From positions 52,062 to 116,061 of the forward strand of contig DCFR01000008.1 of assembly GCA_002319815.1 (NCBI GenBank): 64,000 nucleotides of DNA. The letters are read 5' to 3'. A program made the translations under genes and the position numbers. The stretch is from Megamonas sp. UBA1799. Its GTDB lineage: Bacteria; Bacillota; Negativicutes; Selenomonadales; Selenomonadaceae. Below the pieces are notes generated by a model, which saw only the letters and a list, made by a program, of their open reading frames with translations, was not told the origin of the DNA and did not search any database. Of the stretch, positions 1 to 9,112 are shown piece by piece (the first letter of the stretch is position 1; each line of letters starts with the position of its first letter).

Positions 1-2
1 TG

Positions 3-185
3 TACAAGGGCAATATTATTTCGGCAGGGTCGAAATCCGAGTACTCGCTTTATAATAAAGAATTTGTTACATTTGAAGAAGATGACGTGTATAATCAGGC
101 CGATGGCACCGGTTTTGTCAATCTCTTTGGCCTGCCGCTCAAAGTTCGCGCTTTGATGCAGGAAAAGACGGGGCTTTTGAAATGA
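3..185 (+). CDS. argG: argininosuccinate synthase, C-terminal fragment (5' end lies outside the window)
   Basis: Frame-3 translation [60 protein letters not shown] reads like an ArgG C-terminus. Its stop overlaps the argH start (ATGA). argG-argH synteny. Confidence 0.75.
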   Translation, partial: YKGNIISAGSKSEYSLYNKEFVTFEEDDVYNQADGTGFVNLFGLPLKVRALMQEKTGLLK

Positions 186-1609
186 GTACGAAGCTCTGGG
201 GCGGTCGTTTTACCAAGACCACGGATGAAATGATCAATGAGTTTCAGGCATCCATCGGCTTTGACAAACGTATGTATCATGAGGATATTGCCGGCAGTAT
301 AGCGCACGCTTCGATGCTGGCCAAGTGCGGCATTATTTCCGATGAGGATTGTGCGGCGATTGTCGGGGGTCTGAAGGATATTCTGGCACAGATCGAAAAG
401 GGGACATTTTCCTTTGATGTGGCGCTGGAGGATATTCATATGAATATCGAAAAGCGGCTGACAGATGCGATCGGCGAAGCCGGCGGACGGCTGCATACGG
501 CTCGCAGCCGGAATGATCAGGTGGCACTGGATACGCATATGTATGTGCGGAAACAGGTTGTGGAAGTCGAAAAGCTAATTCTCGATATGCAGCGGGCCTT
601 AGTGGAGACGGCGCAGAAGTATGGAGATGTAATCATGCCGGGGTACACGCATTTGCAGCGGGCGCAGCCGATCTTGTTTGCGCATCACCTGCTGGCTTAT
701 TTTGCGATGCTGAGCCGGGACTATGCGCGTTTTGCCGGCGTATATGAACGGGCGGATATTATGCCGCTGGGGGCTGGCGCGTTGGCAGGGACAACTTTTC
801 CCATTGATCGGGAATTTGTTGCCCGGCAGCTGAATTTTGCTCATATTTATGGCAACAGTCTCGATGCTGTCAGCGATCGTGATTACATCATGGAGTTCCT
901 GTCGGCGGCATCCATTCTTATGGTGCATCTGTCGCGTCTGAGCGAGGAGACTGTTCTCTGGTGTTCGCGGGAATTTTCCTTTATCGAGCTGGACGATGCG
1001 CATTGCACGGGTTCAAGCATGATGCCGCAGAAAAAAAATCCGGATGTATCCGAATTGGTTCGCGGCAAAACTGGACGGGTCATTGGACATCTCATGGCCA
1101 TGCTGACGACGGTCAAGGGACTGCCGCTGGCTTATAATAAGGATTTGCAGGAAGATAAGGAAGGCGTTTTTGACGCCATTGATACGGTGAAATTCAGTCT
1201 GGCCGTTTACGCGCAGATCCTGCGCGGTATGAAGGTTCGGGCCGATGTTATGAAAAAAGCGGTTACCGAAGATTTTTCCAATGCGACGGATCTGGCGGAT
1301 TATCTGGTCCGGAAGGGGATGCCTTTCCGACAGGCGCATGCGGTATCAGGACAAGCGGTCCATTATTGCATTGAGCAGCATAAGTGGCTGGAAGATCTTA
1401 CTATGGATGAGTTTAAGACGCTTTCACCGTTATTTGCGGAAGATATCCGGGATGCAATCCGACCAGAGACCTGCGTGAAAAATCGTAATTCTCTCGGCGG
1501 GACTTCATACGAACAGGTTGCGCGGCAACTTGAAGCCGCCGCAGCGCTGATGGAGTCTGAGCAGAAAATCACTGCACAGCAGGAAGAAAAACAGATTGAT
1601 GTAAAATAA
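182..1609 (+). CDS. argH: argininosuccinate lyase
   Basis: 475 aa ORF. N-terminus [21 protein letters not shown] and the fumarate-lyase signature region [12 protein letters not shown] are typical of ArgH. Confidence 0.95.
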   Translation: MSTKLWGGRFTKTTDEMINEFQASIGFDKRMYHEDIAGSIAHASMLAKCGIISDEDCAAIVGGLKDILAQIEKGTFSFDVALEDIHMNIEKRLTDAIGEAGGRLHTARSRNDQVALDTHMYVRKQVVEVEKLILDMQRALVETAQKYGDVIMPGYTHLQRAQPILFAHHLLAYFAMLSRDYARFAGVYERADIMPLGAGALAGTTFPIDREFVARQLNFAHIYGNSLDAVSDRDYIMEFLSAASILMVHLSRLSEETVLWCSREFSFIELDDAHCTGSSMMPQKKNPDVSELVRGKTGRVIGHLMAMLTTVKGLPLAYNKDLQEDKEGVFDAIDTVKFSLAVYAQILRGMKVRADVMKKAVTEDFSNATDLADYLVRKGMPFRQAHAVSGQAVHYCIEQHKWLEDLTMDEFKTLSPLFAEDIRDAIRPETCVKNRNSLGGTSYEQVARQLEAAAALMESEQKITAQQEEKQIDVK

Positions 1610-1627
1610 GGCTGGATATTCGGTCAG

Positions 1628-1663
1628 GATGCAAACGGTTGGCAGCCGTTTGCATCTTTTTTT
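1628..1663 (+). terminator. rho-independent terminator after argH
   Basis: Stem GATGCAAACGG/CCGTTTGCATC followed by T7. Confidence 0.7.
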
Positions 1664-1744
1664 GCGCGTCGGCGACGTAGTTTTGCAGGATTTTTTCAAT
1701 TGAATATGATATGATAATAAAGTATGTCAGAAAGGGAGAACAAA

Positions 1745-1924
1745 ATGAGAATATTGAAGATGATCAAGCCGCTGGACTGGGTAATTTGTGCGATTGGCGT
1801 GTTTGTGTTTATCCGAGTGGACTTTCATAATGTTACGATTGAGGACGTCATTTATATGACCGTCATCCTTATGTGGTTTCTCATGCTTTGTGTGCGGCTA
1901 TACATTCAGTCTCGGCGGTCCTGA
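1745..1924 (+). CDS. small two-TM membrane protein, unknown function
   Basis: ORF 1724..1924. The AGGGAG Shine-Dalgarno sits inside the first codons, so the ATG at 1745 is the likelier start. Two hydrophobic segments; no recognisable family. Confidence 0.4.
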   Translation: MRILKMIKPLDWVICAIGVFVFIRVDFHNVTIEDVIYMTVILMWFLMLCVRLYIQSRRS

Positions 1925-1957
1925 ATGAGGCGCGAGCGGCTTGCGCTCAGGCTTTCA

Positions 1958-1986
1958 TTGACAAGCCCGGGGAAAACTTTTATACT
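1958..1986 (+). promoter_or_regulatory. near-consensus sigma-A promoter for mazEF
   Basis: TTGACA (1958-1963), a 17 nt spacer, then TATACT (1981-1986). Confidence 0.55.
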
Positions 1987-2011
1987 TTAAGGGAATCTTT
2001 CAGATAATGAG

Positions 2012-2248
2012 GTGAATACAGTGGGAGAATTGAGACAGTTGACGATCTGTTTGCCGGAAGGAATGCTGGAAAAGATTGACAGACTGGCGGCCCGGCAGCA
2101 ATATAGCCGCAACGAACTCGTTTATGAGGCAATGGATGCCTATATCACCCGGTATGAACATGAAATGATGCTGGAATGTATGCGCCGTGGGTATCAAGAG
2201 ATGGCGCCGATTAATTTGTCATTGGCTGAAGAGGGCCTTGTAGACTAG
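2012..2248 (+). CDS. mazE: ribbon-helix-helix antitoxin, EndoAI/MazE (PemI-like)
   Basis: LTICLPEGMLEKIDRLAARQQYSRNELVYEAMDAYI...MRRGYQEMAPINLSLAEE resembles B. subtilis EndoAI (YdcD). It lies directly upstream of mazF. The start may be the GTG at 2021, which has better SD spacing. Confidence 0.8.
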   Translation: MNTVGELRQLTICLPEGMLEKIDRLAARQQYSRNELVYEAMDAYITRYEHEMMLECMRRGYQEMAPINLSLAEEGLVD

Positions 2249-2266
2249 ACGGGACGTGAATGCTGT

Positions 2267-2617
2267 ATGCTTATCAAGCGTGGCGAGGTGTACTATGCCA
2301 ATCTGAGTCCTGTGCAGGGCTCAGAGCAAGGCGGGCGCAGGCCCGTGCTCGTCATTCAGAATGATGTCGGCAATCATTACAGCCCGACCGTTATCGTGGC
2401 GGCTATTACGGCGCAGATTACGAAGGGAAAATTGCCGACGCATGTAGAACTTCCCCGGGAGGATTGTCACCTGGAGAGGGATTCAGTGGTGCTGCTGGAA
2501 CAACTGCGGACGGTCGACAAGCATCGGTTAGGCGAGCGGCTGACTATGCTGGACAAAAAATATATGGAGCGGGTAGATGCGGCGCTGCGCATCAGTACCG
2601 GATTGGTTCGGGTCTGA
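2267..2617 (+). CDS. mazF: type II toxin mRNA interferase MazF/EndoA
   Basis: 116 aa. [49 protein letters not shown] is the canonical PemK/MazF core. Confidence 0.9.
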   Translation: MLIKRGEVYYANLSPVQGSEQGGRRPVLVIQNDVGNHYSPTVIVAAITAQITKGKLPTHVELPREDCHLERDSVVLLEQLRTVDKHRLGERLTMLDKKYMERVDAALRISTGLVRV

Positions 2618-2663
2618 TGCCCGGCGCCGGCGCGGGATGGTTTTCAGAAATGGAGTTGAAGGC

Positions 2664-3581
2664 GTGGTAAAACGATTTTTTTCTTTGCTGGTGATGTTGC
2701 TTTTTACGGTGGCTTTAGTGAGCGGATGCGGCAGCAGTGGGGCCAAAGCTCCGGCAGAAGGTGGACTTACAATCAAAATGCTGGATGTAGGTCAGGGCGA
2801 TGCGATTCTGATTCGCACGGCTGCGCAGACAATTCTCATTGATACGAGCGACAGCGATGAACAGGTAAAGTTTCGCGCCGCCTTGCAAAAGGAAGGCGTG
2901 ACCGTGATTGATAAATTGATTATCACGCATCCGCACCGGGATCATCTGGGTGGGGCAGCGCTTCTTTTTAAAGAATTTACCGTCAAGGCGGTGTATGATA
3001 ACGGACAGGCAACAACACAGAAATTCTATCGTGATTATCTCAAACAGATCAAGGCGAAGAAGATTGCTTATAAAGCTTTGCGGGACGGCGATGTGCTCGA
3101 TTTTGGCGGCGGGGTCAGTTTTCAGGTGCTGAGTCCGACGGAGGCCATGGTAGAGGATGGCGGCCAAACCAAGGATGGTAAAATTAATTTGAATTTGAAT
3201 TCGGTGGTTGGCCGGTTGGTTTATAACGATTTTTCCATGTTGTTTACGGGAGATGCCGAACTGCCGACGGAGCAGGGAATCTTGCAGCGGCATGGGAAGG
3301 ATGCGGTGAAGAGCTTGATTCTAAAGTCGCCGCATCATGGCAGCAAGACATCTTCCAGCCCGGCATATCTGAAAGCTGTACAACCAAAAGTGGCGTTGAT
3401 TTCCTGTGGTACGGGCAATGAGTACCATCATCCGCATCCGTCGACACGGAAACGCTATGAGGAGGATCATATTGATTTTTATCGTACCGACCGCAATGGT
3501 ACGATTACCGTGCATACGGACGGTCACGGTTATACGGTTACGCCGGAGCGCGGCGTTAAGAATGATGATACAGAAAATTAA
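2664..3581 (+). CDS. ComEC/Rec2-related MBL-fold metallo-hydrolase, predicted lipoprotein
   Basis: HPHRDHLGG metallo-beta-lactamase motif and SPHHGS. N-terminal signal with lipobox LVSGC. GTG at 2664 has a GGAG SD 8 nt upstream; ATG at 2637 is an alternative start. Confidence 0.8.
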   Translation: MVKRFFSLLVMLLFTVALVSGCGSSGAKAPAEGGLTIKMLDVGQGDAILIRTAAQTILIDTSDSDEQVKFRAALQKEGVTVIDKLIITHPHRDHLGGAALLFKEFTVKAVYDNGQATTQKFYRDYLKQIKAKKIAYKALRDGDVLDFGGGVSFQVLSPTEAMVEDGGQTKDGKINLNLNSVVGRLVYNDFSMLFTGDAELPTEQGILQRHGKDAVKSLILKSPHHGSKTSSSPAYLKAVQPKVALISCGTGNEYHHPHPSTRKRYEEDHIDFYRTDRNGTITVHTDGHGYTVTPERGVKNDDTEN

Positions 3582-3600
3582 GGACTAAGGGGGCAGTGAA

Positions 3601-3822
3601 ATGGCTACGGCAGTGATTGATCGTTTTGAAGAGGATAAGGCTGTGCTGCTGGTCGGCGCGTCGGAAACCAAAGTCGTTTTTCCCGCAGTGGAATTGCCGG
3701 ATGGACTCAGCGAGGGCGATTATATACGTCTGGATATATCGTATGATGAAGCTGCAACCAAGGCGGCATTGGCCGAAGCACAAGCGCTTTTACATGACAT
3801 ACAGGGAGCGAATGAATCATGA
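3601..3822 (+). CDS. DUF3006-like small protein
   Basis: 73 aa; AVIDRFEEDKAVLLVG...ELPDGLSEGDYIRL resembles DUF3006, a family commonly found next to ComEC-like MBL hydrolases (from memory). Confidence 0.65.
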   Translation: MATAVIDRFEEDKAVLLVGASETKVVFPAVELPDGLSEGDYIRLDISYDEAATKAALAEAQALLHDIQGANES

Positions 3823-4886
3823 TAGTGGATTTTTCCAATAAAATTGGCCGGGTGCTGGGTGCTTTGGCGTTCTTTTTCCTGCTGCTTCCGACGGTCTGTC
3901 TGGCGGGCAAGCCGGTGCATGAGATCAATTATTTTCAGTCGCATGTGATTCAGGAAAATGGGCAGACGCTGCTGCGGATTGAAATCGGCTTGAATCGGCC
4001 GGATACGGAGTATAAAGTTCAGGTAAATGCCGCAAAACCAAAACAGCTGCTTTTAGATCTGGAAAACACAGAAATTGGCGATATTCGCAAGGATATTACC
4101 CTGGATGGCAACCTGGCGCGGTTTATGACGTTTCGCGAGCTGGAACGCCGCCATACACAGGTGATGGTGGCTATGTCCCAGCCGGCAGCAGGCCTCTATC
4201 GGGTTTATACACAGGCGGCTGACCGTAAGGCACAGAAGCCGTATCGCATTGTGATTGATGTTCTGGCGGCTCCGGTCAAGGTCCCTGCAGACAAAGTGGC
4301 CGGGGTTACGGGCAAGGTGGTTGTGCTTGATCCGGGACACGGCGGGACAGATTCCGGGGCGATTGGTCCTGATGGCGTACAGGAAAAGGATGTGACGCTG
4401 GCGGTTGCTCGGCGCGTGCGGGATATTCTGACGGCTTCCGGAGCGCGGGTTGCCATGACGAGGGATACGGATTGCGATGTTTATGGCGCCAATGCAACCG
4501 ATCGTCAGGAACTGCAGGCTCGGGTCAATGTGGGCGCGTATACTCCGGGAACCCAGGTGTTTTTGAGTATTCACTGTAATGCATTTTCCAGTTCGGATGC
4601 CAATGGTACGGCTACGTATTATTACCCGAAGAGTGACAATGATGCCGTGCTGGCCCAAGACTTGCAGCGGCAGCTGGTCGCTGCCGGCGGTTTGCGCAAC
4701 CGCGGCATTAGCGAGGCCAATTTTTATGTGGTCAAGCGTTCGGCAATGCCGGCGGCGCTGGTTGAGCTGGCATTTATAACCAACTATCATGAAGAAGCGC
4801 TGCTCAGTGATGCTGATTTTCAGGATGCGATGGCCATGGCTATCTGTCAGGGTTTGGGAAAATTCTTTACCGATACCGGTATCTGA
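3819..4886 (+). CDS. N-acetylmuramoyl-L-alanine amidase (Amidase_3) with signal peptide and AMIN-like N-domain
   Basis: VVVLDPGHGGTDSGAIGPDGVQEKDVTLAVA and SIHCNAF...E are amidase_3 motifs. Start ATG overlaps the upstream stop (ATGA). Confidence 0.85.
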   Translation: MIVDFSNKIGRVLGALAFFFLLLPTVCLAGKPVHEINYFQSHVIQENGQTLLRIEIGLNRPDTEYKVQVNAAKPKQLLLDLENTEIGDIRKDITLDGNLARFMTFRELERRHTQVMVAMSQPAAGLYRVYTQAADRKAQKPYRIVIDVLAAPVKVPADKVAGVTGKVVVLDPGHGGTDSGAIGPDGVQEKDVTLAVARRVRDILTASGARVAMTRDTDCDVYGANATDRQELQARVNVGAYTPGTQVFLSIHCNAFSSSDANGTATYYYPKSDNDAVLAQDLQRQLVAAGGLRNRGISEANFYVVKRSAMPAALVELAFITNYHEEALLSDADFQDAMAMAICQGLGKFFTDTGI

Positions 4887-4923
4887 TACATAGAGAACCG
4901 AAACAGAAGGGACGGTTGAAAGC

Positions 4924-5502
4924 ATGAAATCATTTAAAATTATTGTTTTCGCCTTAGCGGCCTTGCTGCTGCTGGCGACTGCGGGGTGTGCCCCGGGCGG
5001 GCAGCCGGCGGCTGGCTCGGGTTCGGATGCGTCTTCTTCGCAGACTAACACGACGCCGAAGACCGGAGATAAAAAAAATGATCCGGCGGTGGCTCAAAAC
5101 CTGCAGGTGAAGCTTTATTATCCCAATGATGACGCCACCAAACTGGTAGCCGTTATGCAGCAGGTTCCGGCTCATGATAAATATCAGGCGTCGGTGAAGG
5201 CTTTGATGGCGGGAACGAAGCAGGCAGGTCTGATCGGAATTTTTCCAAAGGAGGCTAAACTGCGGAGTGTGACGGTCAAAGATGGCCTGGCCACAGTTGA
5301 TTTCAGTCGGGAGCTGACGCGCCGTTTTGTCGGTGGTTCTACGGGGGAACTCATGTTGGTGGGCTCCTTGGTGGACACGCTTACGGAATTCCCGGAGATT
5401 AAAAAGGTTCAGATTAAAATAGAGGGACAAATTGTCGAAACGATTGCCGGTCATATGGATACCAGCGCGCCGTTTGTCCGCATGGAAAAACTTATTCAAT
5501 AG
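4924..5502 (+). CDS. GerMN-domain lipoprotein
   Basis: Lipobox LATAGC. LQVKLYYPNDDATKLVAV...LRSVTVKDGLATVDFS...IKKVQIKIEGQ fits the GerM N-terminal domain pattern. Confidence 0.7.
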   Translation: MKSFKIIVFALAALLLLATAGCAPGGQPAAGSGSDASSSQTNTTPKTGDKKNDPAVAQNLQVKLYYPNDDATKLVAVMQQVPAHDKYQASVKALMAGTKQAGLIGIFPKEAKLRSVTVKDGLATVDFSRELTRRFVGGSTGELMLVGSLVDTLTEFPEIKKVQIKIEGQIVETIAGHMDTSAPFVRMEKLIQ

Positions 5503-5509
5503 CCAGGGG

Positions 5510-5554
5510 GAAACCTTCGCTTCTTTTCGGAGAAATGAAGGTTTCTTTTATTTT
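5510..5554 (+). terminator. rho-independent terminator after the GerMN gene
   Basis: Perfect 9 bp stem GAAACCTTC/GAAGGTTTC followed by TTTTATTTT. Confidence 0.65.
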
Positions 5555-5582
5555 ATCTATTTTTTGTGGAGGAGTGTTGTAT

Positions 5583-6776
5583 ATGTTCAAAAAAACAGCA
5601 TTGGAAGCTGTATTTAAACGGTGGCAGAAGGGCAGTTTTGCCGTTCGTTTCTGGGATGGGGAAACGGTGCAATATGGCAGCGGAGCACCGGTATTTACCG
5701 TAATATTTAATCGAGAACCGGAAATCACCGGCATCAAGAAGGATCTTATTTTGATGATGGGCGAAGCTTATATGCATGGCACAATCGATTTTGAGGGCAA
5801 TATGGATGATATTATTGCCATCATGTTTCAGAATGGTTCTTCTTATGAACCCAAAGATTTTCATTTTGATGCGCTGTTAAAGGAATTCAAGGCCGAGGAT
5901 GGACAAACCGAGCGGGAAAATATTCATCGTCATTATGATCTGGGCAATCGTTTTTTTGCGTTATGGCTGGATAAAACGATGTCTTATTCCTGCGCGTATT
6001 TTTCTCGCCCGGAAGATACTCTTGAGCAGGCGCAGCTCAATAAAATCGATCATAGCCTGAAAAAACTGAATCTGAAAAAGGGTGAACGTCTGCTGGATAT
6101 TGGCTGCGGCTGGGGATGGCTGGTCATTCGTGCGGCGCAGCTTTACGGCGTGCATGCAGTGGGTATTACGCTGAGTCAGGAGCAGTATGAAGGTGCTAAT
6201 GCCCGGATACGAAAACTGGGGTTGACCGATCTCGTTGAGGTGCGGCTGGAGAATTATCTCGAGATGGACGGCGACAAGGAACAGTTTGATAAGATTGTTA
6301 GTATCGGGATGTTTGAACATGTCGGCAAAAAGTATTTGCCGCTTTATTTGGCCAAGGTACAGCACTTGCTGAAGGAACAGGGATTGTTCTTGCTGCATTC
6401 CATCATGGGAGATAAGGAGTCACCGACAAATTCCTGGATGCGTACGTATATTTTCCCTGGCGGTTATGTTCCATCTTTGCGGGAAACGGTACAGCTGCTG
6501 CCGGAGTTTTCGTTTAATCTGCTGCATTTGGAAAGTCTGCGCCGACATTACGCCCGCACGTTGGATTGTTGGGTCGGTAATTTTAACCAATGCCGGGATA
6601 CCGTCGTCGACGAGTATGGAGAGGAATTCGTTCGGATGTGGAGCTTGTATCTGCGCGGCTGTGCGGCGGCTTTTCGCACGGGTAATATTGATGTGTATCA
6701 GTGCCTTTTGTCCAAGGGAACTAATAATCAGGTGCCGATGACGGCTGCCTATATGTATGCGGATGAGCTAAAGTAA
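5583..6776 (+). CDS. cfa: cyclopropane-fatty-acyl-phospholipid synthase
   Basis: SAM-methyltransferase motif LLDIGCGWGWL and the CFA synthase C-terminal region. The ATG at 5583 follows the terminator and has a GGAGG SD. Confidence 0.9.
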   Translation: MFKKTALEAVFKRWQKGSFAVRFWDGETVQYGSGAPVFTVIFNREPEITGIKKDLILMMGEAYMHGTIDFEGNMDDIIAIMFQNGSSYEPKDFHFDALLKEFKAEDGQTERENIHRHYDLGNRFFALWLDKTMSYSCAYFSRPEDTLEQAQLNKIDHSLKKLNLKKGERLLDIGCGWGWLVIRAAQLYGVHAVGITLSQEQYEGANARIRKLGLTDLVEVRLENYLEMDGDKEQFDKIVSIGMFEHVGKKYLPLYLAKVQHLLKEQGLFLLHSIMGDKESPTNSWMRTYIFPGGYVPSLRETVQLLPEFSFNLLHLESLRRHYARTLDCWVGNFNQCRDTVVDEYGEEFVRMWSLYLRGCAAAFRTGNIDVYQCLLSKGTNNQVPMTAAYMYADELK

Positions 6777-6829
6777 AGCTTGCTGACCATCGGGCAATCT
6801 GTTACAATAAAGTTAAAATTGCATATTTT

Positions 6830-6910
6830 CACTAGGGGAGCGAAAGCTGAGAAGCCGCAAGGCTGACCCTTGGAACCTGTTGGGATAATACCTGCGTAGG
6901 GAAGTGGCAT
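6830..6910 (+). promoter_or_regulatory. TPP (THI-box) riboswitch
   Basis: CACTAGGGGAGC...GCTGAGA...ACCCTTGGAACCTGTTGGGATAATACCTGCGTAGGGAAGTGG matches the TPP aptamer core (CUGAGA, ACCUG...UAAUACC.GCG). Lies directly upstream of thiC. Confidence 0.85.
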
Positions 6911-6970
6911 GATGAATTTTACCGCGCGGCTATCAGGTCGGGCGGTTATTTTTTTAGGAGGAGATTTTTA

Positions 6971-8278
6971 ATGGCGACACAAATGCAGCAAGCTCGTGAG
7001 GGGAAAATAACGGATGCAATGCGCATCGTGGCAGAAAAGGAACTGCAGACACCAGAGGCAATACGGGAACGAGTAGCGAGAGGAACTGTGGCAATCTGTG
7101 CGAATGTCAACCATACTGGTTTGCAGCCGGCGGGCGTAGGAGAAGGGCTGCGCATTAAAGTCAATGCCAATATTGGCACGTCGAGCACCTTTCCTGATAT
7201 TGCGCCGGAACTGGATAAACTGGCTGAGGCGGTGCGCTGCGGCGCTGATGCAGTCATGGACTTGTCCACAGGGAATCATATTGGTGAATCGCGGCGTCAG
7301 ATTATAGCTCATTCGCCGGTTATGGTGGGGACAGTTCCCATATATGAGGCGACGGTAAAAGCGATTCGGGAACATGGGGCCGTTGTGTCCATGACAACCG
7401 AAGATTTGCTGCATACGATTGAACAGCAGGCAAAAGACGGCGCTGATTTTATGACTATACACTGCGGCATTACGCAGGCGGCTATTGCCCGTCTGCAGCG
7501 TCAGGGACGGTTGATGGATATTGTGAGCCGCGGCGGTTCGTTTATTACCGGCTGGATGCTGCACAATGAAAAGGAAAATCCGCTGTATGAGCATTATGAT
7601 GATATTCTGGATATTTGTGAAAAATATGATGTGACCGTTAGTCTGGGCGATGGACTGCGTCCAGGCTGTCTGGCCGATGCGACGGATCGGGCGCAGATTA
7701 CGGAGCTGATCACGCTGGGAGAACTGGTGGATCGGGCCTGGCGCCGGGGCGTTCAAGCGATGGTAGAGGGACCGGGCCATGTTCCTTATAATCAGATTGC
7801 AGCCAATATGCAGCTGGAAAAGCGTCTTTGCCGCAATGCGCCGTTTTATGTGCTTGGTCCTTTGGTAACGGACGTTGCGCCGGGATATGATCACATTACG
7901 GCGGCGATTGGCGGAACACTGGCCGCGGTGAGCGGCGCAGATTTTCTTTGTTATGTGACGCCGGCAGAACATTTGGCGCTGCCTACACTTGAGGATGTGC
8001 ATGCCGGCGTTATTACGGCGCGCATTGCGGCGCATGCTGCCGATGTTGCCAAAGGGACGCCGGGAGCAGCTGATTGGGATAAAAAAATGGCTAAAGCCCG
8101 CAAACAGCTGGACTGGGACGCACAACTGGCTTTGGCCATAGATCCGGATTATGCACGGACGAAGCGCGGGGCACGGAATGCGGCGAATGAGGAAGCTTGT
8201 TCGATGTGCGGTGCGTATTGTGCGGTGAAATTAATCAATCAGTATATGGATAAACAATCACGCCCCAGTGGTGATTGA
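6971..8278 (+). CDS. thiC: phosphomethylpyrimidine synthase
   Basis: 435 aa. Highly conserved ThiC blocks (TIHCGIT, MVEGPGHVP, C-terminal CSMCGxxC cluster). Confidence 0.95.
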   Translation: MATQMQQAREGKITDAMRIVAEKELQTPEAIRERVARGTVAICANVNHTGLQPAGVGEGLRIKVNANIGTSSTFPDIAPELDKLAEAVRCGADAVMDLSTGNHIGESRRQIIAHSPVMVGTVPIYEATVKAIREHGAVVSMTTEDLLHTIEQQAKDGADFMTIHCGITQAAIARLQRQGRLMDIVSRGGSFITGWMLHNEKENPLYEHYDDILDICEKYDVTVSLGDGLRPGCLADATDRAQITELITLGELVDRAWRRGVQAMVEGPGHVPYNQIAANMQLEKRLCRNAPFYVLGPLVTDVAPGYDHITAAIGGTLAAVSGADFLCYVTPAEHLALPTLEDVHAGVITARIAAHAADVAKGTPGAADWDKKMAKARKQLDWDAQLALAIDPDYARTKRGARNAANEEACSMCGAYCAVKLINQYMDKQSRPSGD

Positions 8279-8365
8279 GAAAAATTTTGTAAAAATCTTC
8301 AAAAAAACAGGAATGCTATGCTGTTATCGCGAATTACCTACTATAAAAGACAGGAGGGATTTGCC

Positions 8366-8746
8366 ATGGCAAAAATCAAAAAGATTTTAGTACCGGTAGA
8401 TGGGTCGGTGAACGCCACCAAGGCAGTGGATCAGGCGATCTTTTTTGCGCAGAAGTGTCATGCGGCGCTGGATTTTGTATATGTTTCCAGCCATATTAAT
8501 AAGGATATTCCCAGTCAGATCGTATTTGATAATATCTGGAAGAGGCTTCCGGAAGATATTCCGGCGGGCAAGCATGTTGAGTCCGGTACGATTTTCAAAG
8601 CTATTCTTAAGGTTGCTGCGGCGGAGCAGAGCGATATGATTATCATGGGCAGCCGTGGTTTGGGCCTATTTCGCGGCGTGCTGATCGGCAGCGTCAGTCA
8701 GCAGGTAGTTGAGGCCGCACTCATTCCGGTTATGGTTGTGAAATAA
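8366..8746 (+). CDS. universal stress protein (UspA family)
   Basis: MAKIKKILVPVDGS...IIMGSRGLGLFRGVLIGSVSQQV is the USP signature. AGGAGGG SD lies 7 nt upstream of the ATG at 8366. Confidence 0.8.
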   Translation: MAKIKKILVPVDGSVNATKAVDQAIFFAQKCHAALDFVYVSSHINKDIPSQIVFDNIWKRLPEDIPAGKHVESGTIFKAILKVAAAEQSDMIIMGSRGLGLFRGVLIGSVSQQVVEAALIPVMVVK

Positions 8747-8786
8747 AGACAATAGTTTACATTATGCGGTAGTTATGAGAAAAAGC

Positions 8787-8815
8787 TTGCAAAAAATGTT
8801 TCATTGTGATATTCT
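8787..8815 (+). promoter_or_regulatory. sigma-A type promoter for the leuA leader
   Basis: TTGCAA (8787-8792), a 17 nt spacer, then TATTCT (8810-8815). Confidence 0.5.
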
Positions 8816-8821
8816 GGTAAG

Positions 8822-9097
8822 CATAGGATAAACGAATATCTGAAATGCGTTGCAGAGGAATAGTAAGGTCCGGGGAATCTATAGAGAGCCGCTGTGTGGT
8901 GGAAGGCGGTGAAGAAGCGGATCGGAACTCACCTTGAAGCAGCTCGCTGAATGGAGTAGGCGGAGCCGGGAACTGGCCGTTACAGCAGGAGGATATGATG
9001 GTATCCGTAATGAGTGCATGCCGCTGGCATGAATTGGAGTGGTAACACGCAGGCAAAGCCTTCGTCTCTTGGTTAAGAGACGAAGGCTTATTTTTTT
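8822..9097 (+). promoter_or_regulatory. T-box leader (Leu, specifier CUC) with terminator/antiterminator
   Basis: AGAGAG bulge motif (8883-8888). Specifier-loop GAA-CUC-A with CUC at 8928-8930. T-box sequence AATTGGAGTGGTAACACGC (9032-9050). Terminator AAAGCCTTCGTCTCTT...AAGAGACGAAGGCTT followed by a T-run. Confidence 0.8.
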
Positions 9098-9112
9098 GGG
9101 AGGAGACGCACA

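Noticed and set aside
4053-5051. 332 aa ORF on the minus strand.
   Set aside because: It lies entirely antisense to the well-supported amidase and GerMN genes. The translation is Arg/His/Ser/Pro-rich and low in complexity, with no SD or recognisable motifs. This is a typical shadow ORF.
6968-8125. 385 aa ORF on the minus strand.
   Set aside because: It is antisense to thiC, whose identity is unambiguous. Arg/Asn/Ile-rich nonsense composition marks it as a shadow ORF.
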